Below are positions 25,452-39,119 of a DNA stretch of 48,450 nucleotides, one piece after another. This DNA is from Alloascoidea hylecoeti. Taxonomy: Eukaryota. The translations under genes were made by a program, and so were the position numbers. Location: assembly GCA_001600815.1 (NCBI GenBank), contig BCKZ01000012.1, positions 434,001 through 482,450 of the forward strand, given 5' to 3'. The notes beneath the pieces were generated by a model that was not told the DNA's origin, searched no databases, and saw only the letters and a program-made list of their open reading frames with translations. Within the stretch, counting starts at the first letter, position 1; each line of letters starts with the position of its first letter.

Positions 25452-28045
25452 ATGGTTGGTGTTAATTACAAGACAGGAAGAGATCTTGCCTGTGTTGTGT
25501 GCCGCCGCCGAAGAGTTAAAGTAAGTTATCTGTTATCTTGATACATATTCCAATTGGAAACTCCACATCATATATTTATGGCTATAGATACTAATTATAC
25601 TCTTTTACATTCTAGTGCGATAAAGCAAAACCTACATGTTCGAGTTGTGAGCATATTGGGTGTCCAAATATGTGTCGATATCCTACAACAAAAAAGATGA
25701 CAAAATTGACTGATAAACTTCTCAGAGATCAAAATAAGAAATTAACTGATGAAATAAAACGACTCGAAAAAATATCGAAAGAGAATTCGAAAGATCCGAT
25801 TCTTGACCTAACAACCAGATTCCATTCATTACAAATAAAAACAAGTCATATTACTCATTTTGGTCCAACAAGTAGATTCTCTCTTATGCTTAACGACCCT
25901 GTTCTCATTAAGGTAACTAGAGCTGTAAAGAAATCATGGACAGAACGAGCCAAAACTTTGGTTGAAAATTTAAATGTTAATATCTCTCAATCGGTCGATA
26001 CCTATACAATGTTAGGAAACGGCGACAATGCAAACAATGCAAAACAATCTGAGTTTATCAATCAAATTGAATCAATTTTACCGAGAAGAAAGTATTGTTT
26101 CATCTTATTGAATATTTATTGGAATACTTATGATTATATCTGGTCAATTATGGATAAAGATATTTCATATCCTATGTTTGAAAAAGTCATTGGAATCTCC
26201 GAATTGGGATTTTGTAAGATAAATATTGAAACCTCTGCAGATTATACTATATTATCACTCTTTTTACTATGTCTGAGAATTGCCTATATAGTATTGCCAT
26301 ATGTTGGAGAAGATACCAAAAATATCTCGCAAATTTTATCCATTCCTAGGTATCAACAATTCCAATCATTAGTGAACAATAATATTATTATTGGACCAGA
26401 ATACCTTGCATTAGCTGATGAATTTTTGAGATTTAGGAAAGGCCCAGCAACTATATATCTTCTATATTATATGATGTTACTTCGTCAATACCACGTAATT
26501 GCTCCAGAAGATGGGGATGGAGTGGATATGGAAGATTCTAGTATTCTTTTTGGAAGCATAGTTTCACTAGCTATTAGCTTTGGATATAATAGAGATCCAG
26601 ACAATATCCCTGAAATAATCGATGAAAGAACAAAATACTATAGAAGAAAAGTCTGGTTATATATATTATTCTGTGATACAGCACAAGCAGCAAATCTTGG
26701 CCGGCCAGTATTAATTAGTAGCGAAGCTTATGATACAAAACCACCAACAATATTTAAGGAAGCTGAGAATGATCTCAAAATACGTTCTGACTGTGACTTT
26801 TCAGTAATTACCTATGACCTCACTTCATGTATCAGAGAATCAATTGAGAAGAACTTTAGTTTGAATTCACACACTAGGAGATCTTTTCTTGTACAATATG
26901 CTCAGCAATTATTGAACTTTTTGCGTGACAAATTACCTCTTTTTTCACACTTATTGATATATACTCCTCCAGAAAATTTAGTTTTAAGGGCAGAAAGGAT
27001 TAGATTGATACAATGTCGACTTTTATTGACAACCCAAGTTTATATAAACTATTATATTCTATATCTTAACTGTGGACCTGATGAGGTTGAACTTAGTCAT
27101 CTTTATCTACGTTATGCCCTTGGTGCTTCATTAATCATTTTTGAAGTTTCCATTAAATTTATAAAGAATTGTAAAAAATACTTTGGCTACGAATCTGTGG
27201 CTATGGTAGCTCCTGTGATTCTAAGGGCAACACAACGAGCTTTGCAATTAGTTGTTTCCATTTTAGTTAGAAGCCAATCGGAGAAGTATAAATACTCGGT
27301 CCCTTCATTAAATTTTCTTTATGATGATTCTCAATTTATGGATCATCTGGATTTATATGAAGGTTTGGTAGTAACCCCTAAGGATCCTCTTATGATATAT
27401 ATCGGTCAGTTTTATGAGCAGTCTAAAGTTTTATCCAATAAATATTTTTATTCATGGAGAATGATGCATTCTCTTTGGATTATAATTGGAATTATAGAAA
27501 AGAATATAAAATTTTCCATCTCATCTTCATCTGATGAAGACATCACTACTGGTCAACAAGATTCTAAAGCTCCTTATTATGGTGAAACTATGAGAATCAA
27601 TCCAATTTCAAGCATGATACCCTCAGATACCAAAACTATCGTAATATCCGCTCCATCAACAAGTACCAGTACTCCCTCCAATCAACTTCTCTCTTCTGAA
27701 GAAATTAGTACTGAAGTTCAAGACACAGAAGATTTTACCGAAACAACTAAATTATTACCTGATCATGATAAAGACGAAATTATGATGGATCCAACTCAAT
27801 CTCCGTTTTGGCAAGAAATATTTGAAAATAGTTTGGTTAATTTGAATCCTAACGATAATAATGCATTTGACTTTTCAAGTTTGAATGTTCCTACATTACC
27901 TGATGAATCTACTATAGATACTACCTTTTCGAACACCCAATTTCAACCTGAAGAAGATAATCTATTTACTGATATTCAGAATCTAGACGATTTTTTTCTC
28001 TTTGCATCCAATGATAATAACGATTTCTCTGCACATATTACTTGA
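25452..28045 (+). CDS. Zn(II)2Cys6 transcription factor with fungal middle homology region (Mrr1/Yrr1/Oaf1-like group); exons 25452-25520 and 25616-28045
   Basis: Spliced cluster CVVCRRRRVK|CDKAKPTCSSCEHIGCPNMC, HFGPTS, APEDGDG, GYNRDPD..RRKVW..D......GRP, acidic C-terminal activation tail. Confidence 0.9.
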
Positions 28046-28402
28046 TTATAAGGTTGACATATATCATCATCATTAAAACATATGTTTATAAAAAAACGTG
28101 TATAAATAGGCCTATAGTGCCATACATATATTATTCAATTGCTACTAATGTCTGTCCATAGGCAATTGCAAAATTAAATAGAATTAACTAACGATTAGTT
28201 TTAGCTAATTAGATACTGTACAGCTTAAAAATGAGCTTTAATATATATTAATACTGCATACTTATATAGTTAATATCATGTTGAATTGTTTGTAATAAGC
28301 GAATATAAACGAAATTTTAAGTGAAGAAAATAAATTCAGTATATATATAAAATGGACGGTATCTCCCGTAAGTTTTGTATAAGTTGATCCGGGTTTTTTA
28401 CT

Positions 28403-28420
28403 CTCATCCATAGTCACGTG
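28403..28420. promoter_or_regulatory. PAC-like CTCATC (28403-28408) and E-box GTCACGTG (28413-28420) upstream of SLX9
   Basis: Consensus matches about 270 bp upstream of a ribosome-biogenesis gene. Confidence 0.4.
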
Positions 28421-28686
28421 GTAAACATAATCTAGCAAAAAACCTGTTTACAAGAGCAGACCTAGTAGTGGTAGAATAATCTATACTCATAAATTGGCAT
28501 AGATATTTTAGTATCTATATTTATTCAAAGAGTTAAATAGATCGAAAGAATACTTTTACTTACAATTGCATTTCAATGATTGTTGGTACACAAACCAAAC
28601 TCTGCACTGTGCAGTAAGCATAAGTTTTTTACCCTCTGAAATATTTTTCTCCAGAACTATAACCTTCAAACTCAAAAATATCAACA

Positions 28687-29387
28687 ATGGTATGCTTTAT
28701 TTTGTAGATATTACAGATTTTTTGTCCCTCACTAATCATGATTATTAGGCTGCTAAAAGAAAAACACTTCGTTCAAAAGCCAAGCAACAAACAACGAAAA
28801 CAGATGATGCAGAACAATCAACATTACCAACATTACCACCATTAACAGGCCTTGACGCTATATTATTTGCTAAAAAGGATTCGAAAAAAGATAAAAGAGA
28901 ATCTAAAAGAGATAATTTTTTAAAAACTATAGAATCTAAATCTGCATCATCAAATCGTATTTCAAAATCGGCATTAAGGAGGAGGAAACGACAAGGTAAT
29001 AATTCTTTGAAAGGTAACTTAATTGATTTAATGGGTGCGTTGCCAACACTTGAGGATACCGATGATCAAAATAACAATACAGATCAAATTAATAACTCCA
29101 ACCCTTATAATAACCCAAATGTTATCAAAACAAAATCAGGTGTTTCAGTATCTTTATCAAAGGCAACTTTCATTGAACCAGAAGTGAAAAATCGACCAAA
29201 TTTTAAAAAGAGTAGGAAAACATATAACAAACTAGTAAATATTGAAGTGAATCATTTTGGTAAAGTGTTTGGGAAGAATAGGGCTGACCCATTTGCTTCT
29301 TTAAGAGCTAGTATGGCAAATATGGATCAAAAAGAAGACTTTGTGAAGAAGAATAACAAACAACAAACCCAAATGCAAATTGACTGA
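28687..29387 (+). CDS. SLX9: Ribosome biogenesis factor Slx9; exons 28687-28689 (ATG only) and 28749-29387
   Basis: ATG|GTATGC...TACTAAT...TAG|GCT; MAAKRKTLRSK, ISKSALRRRKR, LMGALP, DPFASLR. Confidence 0.82.
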
Positions 29388-29660
29388 AATTTAAATGATT
29401 TTGATTATTTATGAGATGAAAGTATAGCTAGCTGTACTACATGTATACAATGTTAATTGGGTAATCGTTTTATACCATTTCTCCATTTTCTGATAAAATA
29501 TTTTCATTTAATTGACAAGATATGAATATATTATCATGTTTAATAATAATAAAAAAAAGTTTTTAATATGAAGATAATCTATGTAATTGAGTCACTATAA
29601 AATCAATCACTGAAAAAAAAAAATGTTGAAATCAAAACTTATTATAAATAAAAATTATAA

Positions 29661-30970
29661 TCAAACAACCATTCCTCGTTGAAAACGAGCATTTTCTAAC
29701 ATATAAGGTAATAATCCAACATTTACACCATTATATAGCATTTGATAGGTTGCTTCCAATAGAGGAAAATCTTCTTCAGCACCTTTAGTATGAAGAAATT
29801 CATGAACTTCTCTTGCTGTAACTAAACCTTGAGCAGATTGTCCATTTAATAATTCTTTCTCTAATTGTTCAGCAGATTTACCTGTTTGTGCCATGGCTCT
29901 GGCGATTTTTACATTTCGTCCACCAGAACAAGTGGTAAATAAATCTGCTATTCCGGCTGATTCTTCAGTGAAAGATCCTACTGTACAACCAGGAAAGAAA
30001 GTCCTACCAAATTTAACCATTTCTAGTAAACCTCGTCTCATAATAGCAGCTTTTGCATTCTCACCCCATTCCAAGCCATCAACGAATCCAACAGCAATAG
30101 CAATGACATTTTTTAAAGCACCAGCAATACTAATTCCAGCAATATCATCAATTACATTGATGTGAAAGTAAGGACGATGAAATAAACGCCAAATTACCAT
30201 ATTATCAACATCACCAGAAAAATAATCTTTGGGTAACGGATATGCTATTGTTGTTTCTGAGAATTTTTGAGCTGCTACTTCATGAGCTATATTTGCACCT
30301 GATAATTGCCCACAATGAATACCGAGACCTTTAGTTATATAATCGGTAAGAAGTGTGCATCCCTTGCTGGATACATCAAGACCTTTTAGACATGAAATTG
30401 CACGGGCCTGTGGACGAACATGTCCCTTGAGTGTTTTAAGAACATTTGACAAAAACTAAAAAACGAAATATAGTTAGTTATTAATATTATATATATGGTG
30501 TCATAGAATTCCAATTGGTGATACAAACCTGATGAGGGATATTGAATATGAGGATATTACTTCCTTCAACAGCTCTGATGAGATCAGGAATTGCCACAAG
30601 ATTTTTTGGTAGCTGGATTCCCGGTAGATATCTATTAAAACAATAATTATAGTTAGAACCTCTGTCCGTGGTCCGTGAAGGTGATCAAAACTATAAATGA
30701 AATGACGTACTTTTTATTAATGTGTGTCTCGTTAATAACCTCTGTTAAATTCTTCCCATTTTCTAGTACCTCTTCAAACACCCACATTCGTACAGTATTT
30801 GTAAATAAAAGAGGATTCTCATCACAATTTTCAGCTACGATTTTGGCAATAGTCGTTCCCCAATTGCCGCTTCCAATAACTGTTACTGTGAAAGGAGGTT
30901 TTATGGATAAGATTGCATTTCTTTGTTTTTCTTCCAATTCCGGTAAAGATTTGCCCATTTCTATTGTCAT
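29661..30970 (-). CDS. GPD1: NAD-dependent glycerol-3-phosphate dehydrogenase (Gpd1/Gpd2 family); exons 30970-30711, 30631-30529, 30455-29661
   Basis: [79 protein letters not shown]. Confidence 0.93.
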
Positions 30971-31319
30971 TAATTGAATATATATTATCCGGATATTTCA
31001 GATATTTTTTTTTGATGTACTATGTATTTGAAAACTTGGAAGAAAGAGTAAGCCGAGACAATTTATAGTTATCGGAACAAAAGCTTAGAAGCTGGCGATG
31101 ATGGGATTTAAAAGTTCTTTCTTATCATGCAGGTGATACATGCATACTGACCCTTTGGGTTATTCGACTCTTTCTTCTCTTGATCAGTGGTTGCAATTAA
31201 ATACTTTATAGAGAACATCTGTTTATATCCTCATAAAACTAAATTGGTGAAGAACTTCCTGGAATTTTTAGCTATAACTACAGGCGATTATTGGCGGTGC
31301 CTGGGTCCATAAGTTTACG

Positions 31320-31328
31320 GTCACGTGA
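31320..31328. promoter_or_regulatory. E-box GTCACGTGA (Cbf1/Tye7-type) upstream of GPD
   Basis: Exact RTCACGTG consensus 350 bp upstream of the GPD ATG. Confidence 0.4.
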
Positions 31329-32075
31329 AACACTATATAGACACCTCATGATCGCAGTTGAATCCGATGACTCCAGTTTATAGCCGGTGTATTACATGAC
31401 TCATGGTTGAACGTTTTTAATACATCAGAAGATATCACCAGATATAATTACTGTTAACGTTTGTTACAGTCCTAGACATGGAATGGTGTGCATTCCTAAG
31501 ACGGAATAAAAATGGCCCATGCATCAATTGAATTGTTGTTCATTGTTGAACTGTAACATTATGTAGTTTAAACCTTCGAATTTATTATTGAAGCTCATGA
31601 GAAGCCGGAAGAGTGACTTTAGTTTAACAAGATACCATAATAGACTCTATATACTACCAAAATTATACTGTTAATTACAGACATAACTTTTATCTGTTGG
31701 GATATCAGTGTTATGTATCATTAGATTTCTTACTGGTTGGAATTCAAAATATATGCACGGTTCGCACCTGCATATATTCTGAAAAGACACCACCTGAAGG
31801 CTTTAGAATTGTTATTTTAATCGACTAATATTGCAATTGCATACTTGATATCTTCTCAATTATATAGAATTAGGCGTATGCCTACAAACAATGTGTGTAA
31901 ATATGATTATAAAAAATAATAATCTATGTTCTAGAAAAATCGCGCAGAAAAATAAAAATAGAAACAATTAAAAGCAATTTGAACTAATTATAAGGTCAAT
32001 TGACGATAAAGATCAATCATGATCAAAACAAACTTGAATATACCCATATAGCATTATATTTCTTAAAGTTAAATC

Positions 32076-34906
32076 CTACTGAGTTAAACTCATTTTCAAA
32101 TGCTCCTTGAAAACAATCATCAGTTTTTGGATTTCTTCATTCTTATAAGATGGCCCAGTTTCTTTAGGTATTCCAAATTTTTCAAACTTTCTTTTTTTAT
32201 CTAATTCCATAGAACTAAGAGAAAAACGATCATCATCTTCATCATCACTACTACCAAGACCATTTATTTCTGCAGTCATGTCTTGTAATTCCAAATCGTT
32301 TAAGCCAAAATCAGATGCTTCAATCTCGTTAAATGTTGTATCACCTTCAACCGCTGCAATAGTTTGTTTACGTAATGTCTCAAATAATGAAATAATGTGA
32401 TTAACTTCTTCTAACATTAAGGATTCATTGAATGAATTGATATCATCTCCAGTACCAATCTTAGACTTTGTTTCAATTATAACTTTTGAAATATCTATAG
32501 GTTTGTTTCTATTTTCGCCAGGTTTAGCTCTTCTTCCTTTTCTCAAAAAATCTAATATTGCTGAAAACCAATTAATGAATCCATCAAATAAACCATCTTT
32601 ATCATTCATATAAACACGATGTAAAAATTTATAAAATTTATCTTCATGTCTAAATAAAAGATTCATCAATACAGAAACCATTTCTTCTCCTGTTGCAGTA
32701 AAAGAATCATTTTGAGCTTGTTCAACAACAATAATCATATCATCAATAAAAATTTTAAAATCATCAACTGCTTCATCAATTTTTGCAGCTTTAAAAACTT
32801 TCATTAATGGATTGAAAAACATTGTTATAATATCTTTTATTAATGCAGTCATAATATCTTCACCCCATAAATCTTTAATTTGATTCTTATCACGTTTTCG
32901 AATTAAAAGTTGAAATAATACTTTAAGATCAAAAAATAAGGAAACATCATCACTAATCATAATATCTTCATCATCACTTAATGATGATTCTTCTAATTCT
33001 GATAATTTTCTAAATTCACGTTCAGCACCAATAATTCCATGCATTAATTTTTCATTTTTATTCCAACCAGGATATGTTGTATCATATAAAATAACTAATA
33101 ATTCAGTATTTGTATCACGAGCCTTCTCCTTTAATTTTTGTCTTGTTTCATCATCTGTATCAACGAATTTCTTAATAATACCAGTAATATTTTTATTATT
33201 AATCTTTTCTTCTAAAATTTTAATTGATTGTTCTTGTTCTTTTATATCTTCACTTAATACCAATGTAAAAATATTTTGTAATAAAGATTTTGTACCAAAA
33301 GGTTGTGCTAAAAATAAATTTATAACACCTTTCATCATTAACATTGGATTAGTATATTTCAAAACTTTTTGTAATAAAACATATGGCATAAGTTTTTGAA
33401 TTCTTTTAACTTGTGAAAACAATTCAGTATCTTCAGCAATAAATAGATAATAAATTACACTTGCTAATTCAATTTCTGCCCATCTAACAAATGTTAATAA
33501 TAATGGTGAAAGATCATCAAATTTTTCTTTTGTTTTAATTTCATTAAAAAATTCTTTTAATGCATTATTATTCATTATAGCATTTTTAAATTCAAATAAA
33601 TGGGTACTTAATTCTTGGTATTTTATATCAACTGCTTGTTGGAAAGTATTTTGATGATCTTTTCTAATTTCATCTAATTGAATTCGATTTGTTATATCTA
33701 TTAAATCTTCTTGTGATAAACGACGAATTGAATTTTTAAAAAGAAATTCTTGGAAGATATGAGATCTTACTACTTGAGGTATCCCTTGTAAAGTATTGAG
33801 ATATGATCTTAAAGATACACGTTCTTTTTCACGGTAAAATTTTGGATTTAAATCATCATTTGAATTTGATTTAGCAAAATATTTAGGACTCAAGTGTGAT
33901 AATTTCAATTTTTTCTTAGTTTCACTTTTAGTTTCACTTTTAGCTTCTGAACGAATTGATACACTATCATCATCAGTATTATCATTATCAGTTATACCAG
34001 TGGCATTTATTGAACTTTTTGAACTTTTTTTATGATGATGAGGAAGTCTTGGTAGGCGTTTTCCAGGAAATTCCTTAATTAAGTTTTCATTTAATTCTTT
34101 AAAATCCGAATAAGTTCTTTCAACATTTTTAATCTCTCCACCTTTATATTGACATTGTAATATAAAAGTACATTCTTTTGTAGAAGATTTTCCTAATGTC
34201 ATTGAAGTTGGTATAAAAGATTTATGATTTGATGTTTTTGATTTCCTAACAGATATAATATTTACTTTAATACCTTTAATGAATTTTAAATATAATTGAG
34301 TATTATCTCGTTTTTCAGTTGTCAATTGTAAATGATCTAATTTTTGTCGTGATGCTTGATATTCAGATTCTGATAATTGAACATCAACAGTTGTTGGAAT
34401 ACCAGATGATAATAAAAGTAAAATTACTCTATTAATCTTCAACATCATTTTTCTATAAGAAAAAGCAATTAGTAAATGTGTTCATTTAAATTTATAATTA
34501 TAATTAATTTGTATTACCTTCTTTTTGTATTTTCAGATCTATCTTCAGTTGAACTAATTTGTTTAGTGGCAAAAGATTCCCAAAATACTTGGATTTTATT
34601 TTTCCAAAATGCTTCATTATCATCTTTCCCAATAAATGATACAAATGGAAATGTTTTAATGAATTCATCAAAAATAAACCTTGTTATTGTGAATTGATAT
34701 TCTTCAGCATTTGTATTTTGTATAACTGTTGGTTTTTCATCTTTATGAGATGTTTCTTTTGATGGATCAGTATTGCTAAATGGTGATCCGAATCTCCGAA
34801 GGGAAGTCTCATCAGTTAATAAAGTAATCTCATTATCGAGTTGAAGTCGAAGGAGTTCTCGTTTAATGTAGTGTGCTTGTAAAGGAGTTATTGTTTGATT
34901 ATCCAT
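32076..34906 (-). CDS. PX-domain protein of the YPR097W/Lec1 (DUF3818) family; exons 34906-34518 and 34452-32076
   Basis: TPLQAHYIKRELL..LRRFGSPF, FWKNKIQVFWESF..ISSTEDRSENTKRR, PX RTYSDFKEL..EFPGKRLPRLP, REKERVSLRSYL, LFLAQPFGTKSLLQ. Confidence 0.85.
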
Positions 34907-35240
34907 TATTTAATAATTTTTTTAAAATTTGGTGAATGAATGACAAAGAATAAACAGAGAACAAAGCAAAGTTCAAAAGAAGTTGGAAAGTCATTCATTT
35001 TTATTATTATGGTTCTAACATGATCCTCATAACATTTAACTTCAACCATCTTATTAAATGCATCTTATATTTTTATCCATATTTATATTGATGATATTTT
35101 AAAAGGATATAAATGTATTGTGTATTTTTCAACCAATTGCAACCATACAATAAATGAAACAATAAATGATATGATTATTATCATTACATAAACACAAACA
35201 CAAACATAAACTTAAATTATAAAATTTCACCACCAAAATA

Positions 35241-36923
35241 ATGCTAAGAGCATCAAGATTCTATTCCACAAAGGTTTTACCACCAAAATCAAATGTCGCT
35301 GTTGTTGGAGCAGGTATTTCGGGTCTCTCTTACGCCTGGTATTTGGCTCAATTGAGAAAAGATCTCAACATAACAATAATAGAGCAGAAAAAACGTGTTG
35401 GTGGATGGATTGAAACATCTCAAGTGAACACAGACGTTGAAAAATTTGGATATGTTGATTTAGAACGAGGTCCTAGAACTTTAAGGGGTTCTTCGACTGG
35501 ATCAGTTTTACTGATAGATATGGTAAGTGATCATTTACTGTTATGGTATTAATTATACTAATAATTTTTTCAGTTAAGCAGATTGGGTAAAATAGATGAT
35601 ATAATTGCTATACCTCAAAATTCAATAGCAAATCAAAAATATTTATTATCACCAACTGGCCTTTTAAAAGTTCCTTCAACAATCTTTGAAACAATTCCAT
35701 TTTTTTTAAATCCATTAGGTAAAGGAATAATAATTAATTCATTATTAGAATTTTTTAAACCAAAAAGATCAAATGAATTAAAAGATGAATCAATTGATTC
35801 TTTTATAACTCGTAGATTTGGTAAAAATCTTTCAAGAAATATTTTATCTGCAGTAATTCATGGAATTTATGCTGGTGATGTTAAACAATTAAGTGCAAAG
35901 GCAACATTATCAAAATTATATGAATTAGAAGAAAAAAATGGTAGTATTTTAAAATCGAATTTAATAAAATTATTTACTAAATCAAAATCAAATAAAAATG
36001 AAAATATAACTAACAACGAATTAAAAATTTTAAATTATTATAAAAATAAATTACCAAATTTTAAAATTGATCCAATTAATTTATCAAATCATTTAAAAAA
36101 ATTCCCAATGATTGGATTAAAAAATGGTTTTGAAACAATTACAAAAACATTAGAAAAATCATTAATTAAATTTCCAAATGTTAAAATATATAAAAATTCA
36201 ACAGTTAAAAATATTAAAAATGATAATTTAAATGAAAATTGTATTATTGATTTTATAAAAGATGGAGAAAATCATCAATTAAATGTTGATTTTGTAAGGA
36301 CAAATATATCAGGATGTGATTTAATACCTCTATTAGAATCAAATTCTAATTCTAATTTATTAGAAGCAAAAGAAATCATTAATTCAATTCCATATGTATC
36401 TGTTTGTGTTGTTAATGTTTGGATTCCAAAAGATGTTTTAAATCATCATGGGTTTGGTTTTTTAGTCCCAGCATCATTAAATAATCCAAATAAAGTTCTT
36501 GGTGTTATATTTGATTCAGATATTTCTAAGAATTCAATTCCATTATATGGATCTACATCATCTACAACTAAGAATGAAAATGAAAATGATTACACAAAAA
36601 TTACATTAATGATGGGTGGTTATATGTGGAATAATTCAACAGCTCCATCACCATCATTAGCAAAACATGCAGCCAAAAATTTCTTATTAACCCATTTAAA
36701 TATCAATCTTGATAATTATTCAAATTCAATAATATCATCACAATTACAAGAAAATTGTATTCCACAATATACAGTTGGATTATTAGAAAAAATTGAAGAA
36801 GCTAAAAATTTGATAATTAAAAATTATGATAATAAAATAAGTCTTGGAGGAAATTCATTTATTGGAGCAGTTGGAGTTCCTGATTGTGTTGTTTCTTCTT
36901 TTAAAGATGCTTCTAAATTGTAA
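35241..36923 (+). CDS. HEM14: Protoporphyrinogen oxidase; exons 35241-35522 and 35574-36923
   Basis: FAD motif VAVVGAGISGLS, RVGGWI, ERGPRTLR, HGIYAGDV, GFGFLVP, LGVIFDS, CIPQYTVG, GVPDCV. Confidence 0.95.
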
Positions 36924-36975
36924 AAAAAAATATATATATATATAAGTAGTTAGTGCTATAGAATATAATTTAAAT

Positions 36976-36983
36976 TTACCCGG
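36976..36983. promoter_or_regulatory. Reb1-type site TTACCCGG upstream of the snRNP gene
   Basis: Exact consensus about 90 bp upstream of ATG 37074. Confidence 0.5.
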
Positions 36984-37073
36984 ATATCATAATTTCTCTT
37001 TCACACCTTTGGATTTAATTATTAGCAATAGTTAAATATAAATAATCATTAACAGATCAAATATAGAATTATC

Positions 37074-37666
37074 ATGTCGCGGAGTAAAAATATTGAAAAT
37101 GAATCAAGTGAAAATGAAGATAATGTGCTAGAGTATGCACCAAATTCATCAGATGAAGAAGAAGATGCACAACCACGAAAAAAACAAAAAATTGATATTT
37201 CAAGCCAACACCAAATACAAGATTCTTGGACAAATTCACAATCACATTCAACTGGAAATCCATCACAAACTTTATATGTACACAATTTAAATGATAAGGT
37301 TCAAAAAAATGGTATGTTATTTTGATTTTTTTCATCATTAAATTTATTATTATTCTAACAATTAAATATGTAACATTTATAGAATTAAAACATTTACTTT
37401 ATATGATTTTTTCAACATATGGACATATAATATCAATAATAGTTAAGAAAACACCAACATTTAGGGGGCAAGGCCATATAGTATTTTCAGATATTTTAAG
37501 TGCAACAATAGCAATGAAAGCATTACAAGGAATAATATTTATGGGTAAACCATTAAAAATTGAATATTCAAGAACAAAATCTAATGTTATTTCACAATTG
37601 GAAGGGACTTATAAACTTCCATCATTAGGAGTTGAATCAATGAAAATTTCTGAAAATAAAGAATGA
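37074..37666 (+). CDS. U2B''/U1A-family snRNP protein with a single RRM (Msl1-like); exons 37074-37311 and 37383-37666
   Basis: PSQTLYVHNLNDKVQKNELKHLLYMIFSTYGHI...RGQGHIVF...FMGKPLKIEYSRTKS. Confidence 0.88.
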
Positions 37667-37746
37667 TCATGATGATCAATTAAACATGACATTTACTTTA
37701 GAATGTATTTTTTGTATAAATCTATGTACATGAAACATGAATATAA

Positions 37747-38793
37747 TTATATATTTGAAGATGAAGTTGAAGTTGAAGTTGAAAGAACTTTTTCAACAGC
37801 TTCAATTATTTTAGCATGAATTTTTTTAGGACCAGCAATAATTCCTTGACTATTTAAGGTTCTTCCAGAACCAAAATATAAAGGATTTCCAAACATATCA
37901 GAAACAATTCCACCAGCTTCAGAAACTAAAATATTACCACTTGCATGATCCCAAATTTTTTCACGATATTCCTTAGTAACAGGTAATCTAAGATAAATAT
38001 CACCATCACCTCTACTAATTGCACAATATTTAACCTGAGAATCTAATCTAACCGATTCTAAATTTATACCTAATTGTTTTTTAATAGCAGCTTGAGTTTC
38101 ATGAGATGAATGACCTTTTTCAACACCTTCACATACTCTTGCTAATGCAGGATTTTCAATGTCATTAAAATGAATGGATGTTGGAACCGACGAATCAATG
38201 AATAAAGGAGTTTGGAAAGAACCTTGACCTTTAGTTGCATAAAATAAAGAGCCTTTTTGGGAAGTATTATCATGTAATTTTGAATGTAAGTTTGGGCAAC
38301 CAATAACGCCTAGAACCACTTCTGCATCGACAATAAGAGCCAAACAAACAGCAAATTGGTCGCCCCTTAAGAAACCTTTTGTACCATCGATTGGATCTAA
38401 AGCCCAAAATCTTCCTTTTTTACCACCTTTTGAATCACCATGATCAATTGCATCTAACATTTCTTGAATAGAGTTAACTTTTCCAATGTCTGAGTCATAG
38501 GCATCCTGATTTTGAGTATTCACAACCAAATCGAAAACTTTTTGTCTCAGGGGTTCATTCTGTCTCAGAACATCAGAATCCTCTTCGCCAATGACTTCAT
38601 CCGTAGGAAACGCATGGCGAATGGCGGAAATGATGGTGGCTTGTGCACCGTAATCACCAGCAGTAACGGGACTATGATCGTCTTTTGTAACGGTAGTGGC
38701 GGTTCTCAGAGAATCCGAGACACTTTTGGTAAGGCTCGAGGCTCTTCTGACGGCCAACTGCGCCACCTTCAGTTCGTGTAGGAAAGCAGCCAT
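37747..38793 (-). CDS. MET22: 3'(2'),5'-bisphosphate nucleotidase Met22/Hal2
   Basis: KDDHSPVTAGDYGAQ, GEEDS, WALDPIDGTKGFLRGDQFAVCLAL, LDSQVKY, EKIWDHASG. Confidence 0.97.
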   Translation of the reverse strand: MAAFLHELKVAQLAVRRASSLTKSVSDSLRTATTVTKDDHSPVTAGDYGAQATIISAIRHAFPTDEVIGEEDSDVLRQNEPLRQKVFDLVVNTQNQDAYDSDIGKVNSIQEMLDAIDHGDSKGGKKGRFWALDPIDGTKGFLRGDQFAVCLALIVDAEVVLGVIGCPNLHSKLHDNTSQKGSLFYATKGQGSFQTPLFIDSSVPTSIHFNDIENPALARVCEGVEKGHSSHETQAAIKKQLGINLESVRLDSQVKYCAISRGDGDIYLRLPVTKEYREKIWDHASGNILVSEAGGIVSDMFGNPLYFGSGRTLNSQGIIAGPKKIHAKIIEAVEKVLSTSTSTSSSNI

Positions 38794-38847
38794 TTTACGG
38801 AGGAGGAAGCAAGTGAGCAGGCAAGTGGAGGCAGATATCTAGGCGCA

Positions 38848-38854
38848 TCACGTG
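38848..38854. promoter_or_regulatory. TCACGTG (Cbf1-type site) 55 bp upstream of MET22
   Basis: Consensus match upstream of a sulfur-assimilation gene. Confidence 0.55.
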
Positions 38855-38901
38855 GGTAATATGGAGTTCACGCTATAACGATGCTTTATGCGATCATAAC
38901 C

Positions 38902-38978
38902 ATGCCAACGTCCGGGCCCAGATCTGGAGGCCACAGCCGGAACCGAAGGCCTCCAGATCTGGGCCCGGACGTTGGCAT
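38902..38978. repeat. Perfect 31-bp inverted repeat with a 15-nt spacer
   Basis: atgccaacgtccgggcccagatctggaggcc (38902-38932) and ggcctccagatctgggcccggacgttggcat (38948-38978). Confidence 0.97.
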
Positions 38979-39119
38979 TTACATATAACATAGACCGGAC
39001 GAAAAGAGCAGGATTTGGATTTATATGGCGCAGGCCTGAGTCAGCAGTTACTAATTGGACGATGCATAGCAAATCAAACCTCCTTTTCTTTTTGTTTTCT
39101 CCATCTCAACACAGTTATT

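Noticed and set aside
31748..31778. Small hairpin AATATATGCA-c-GGT-tcgc-ACC-TGCATATATT
   Set aside because: Mostly AT-rich stem, single occurrence, no supporting context
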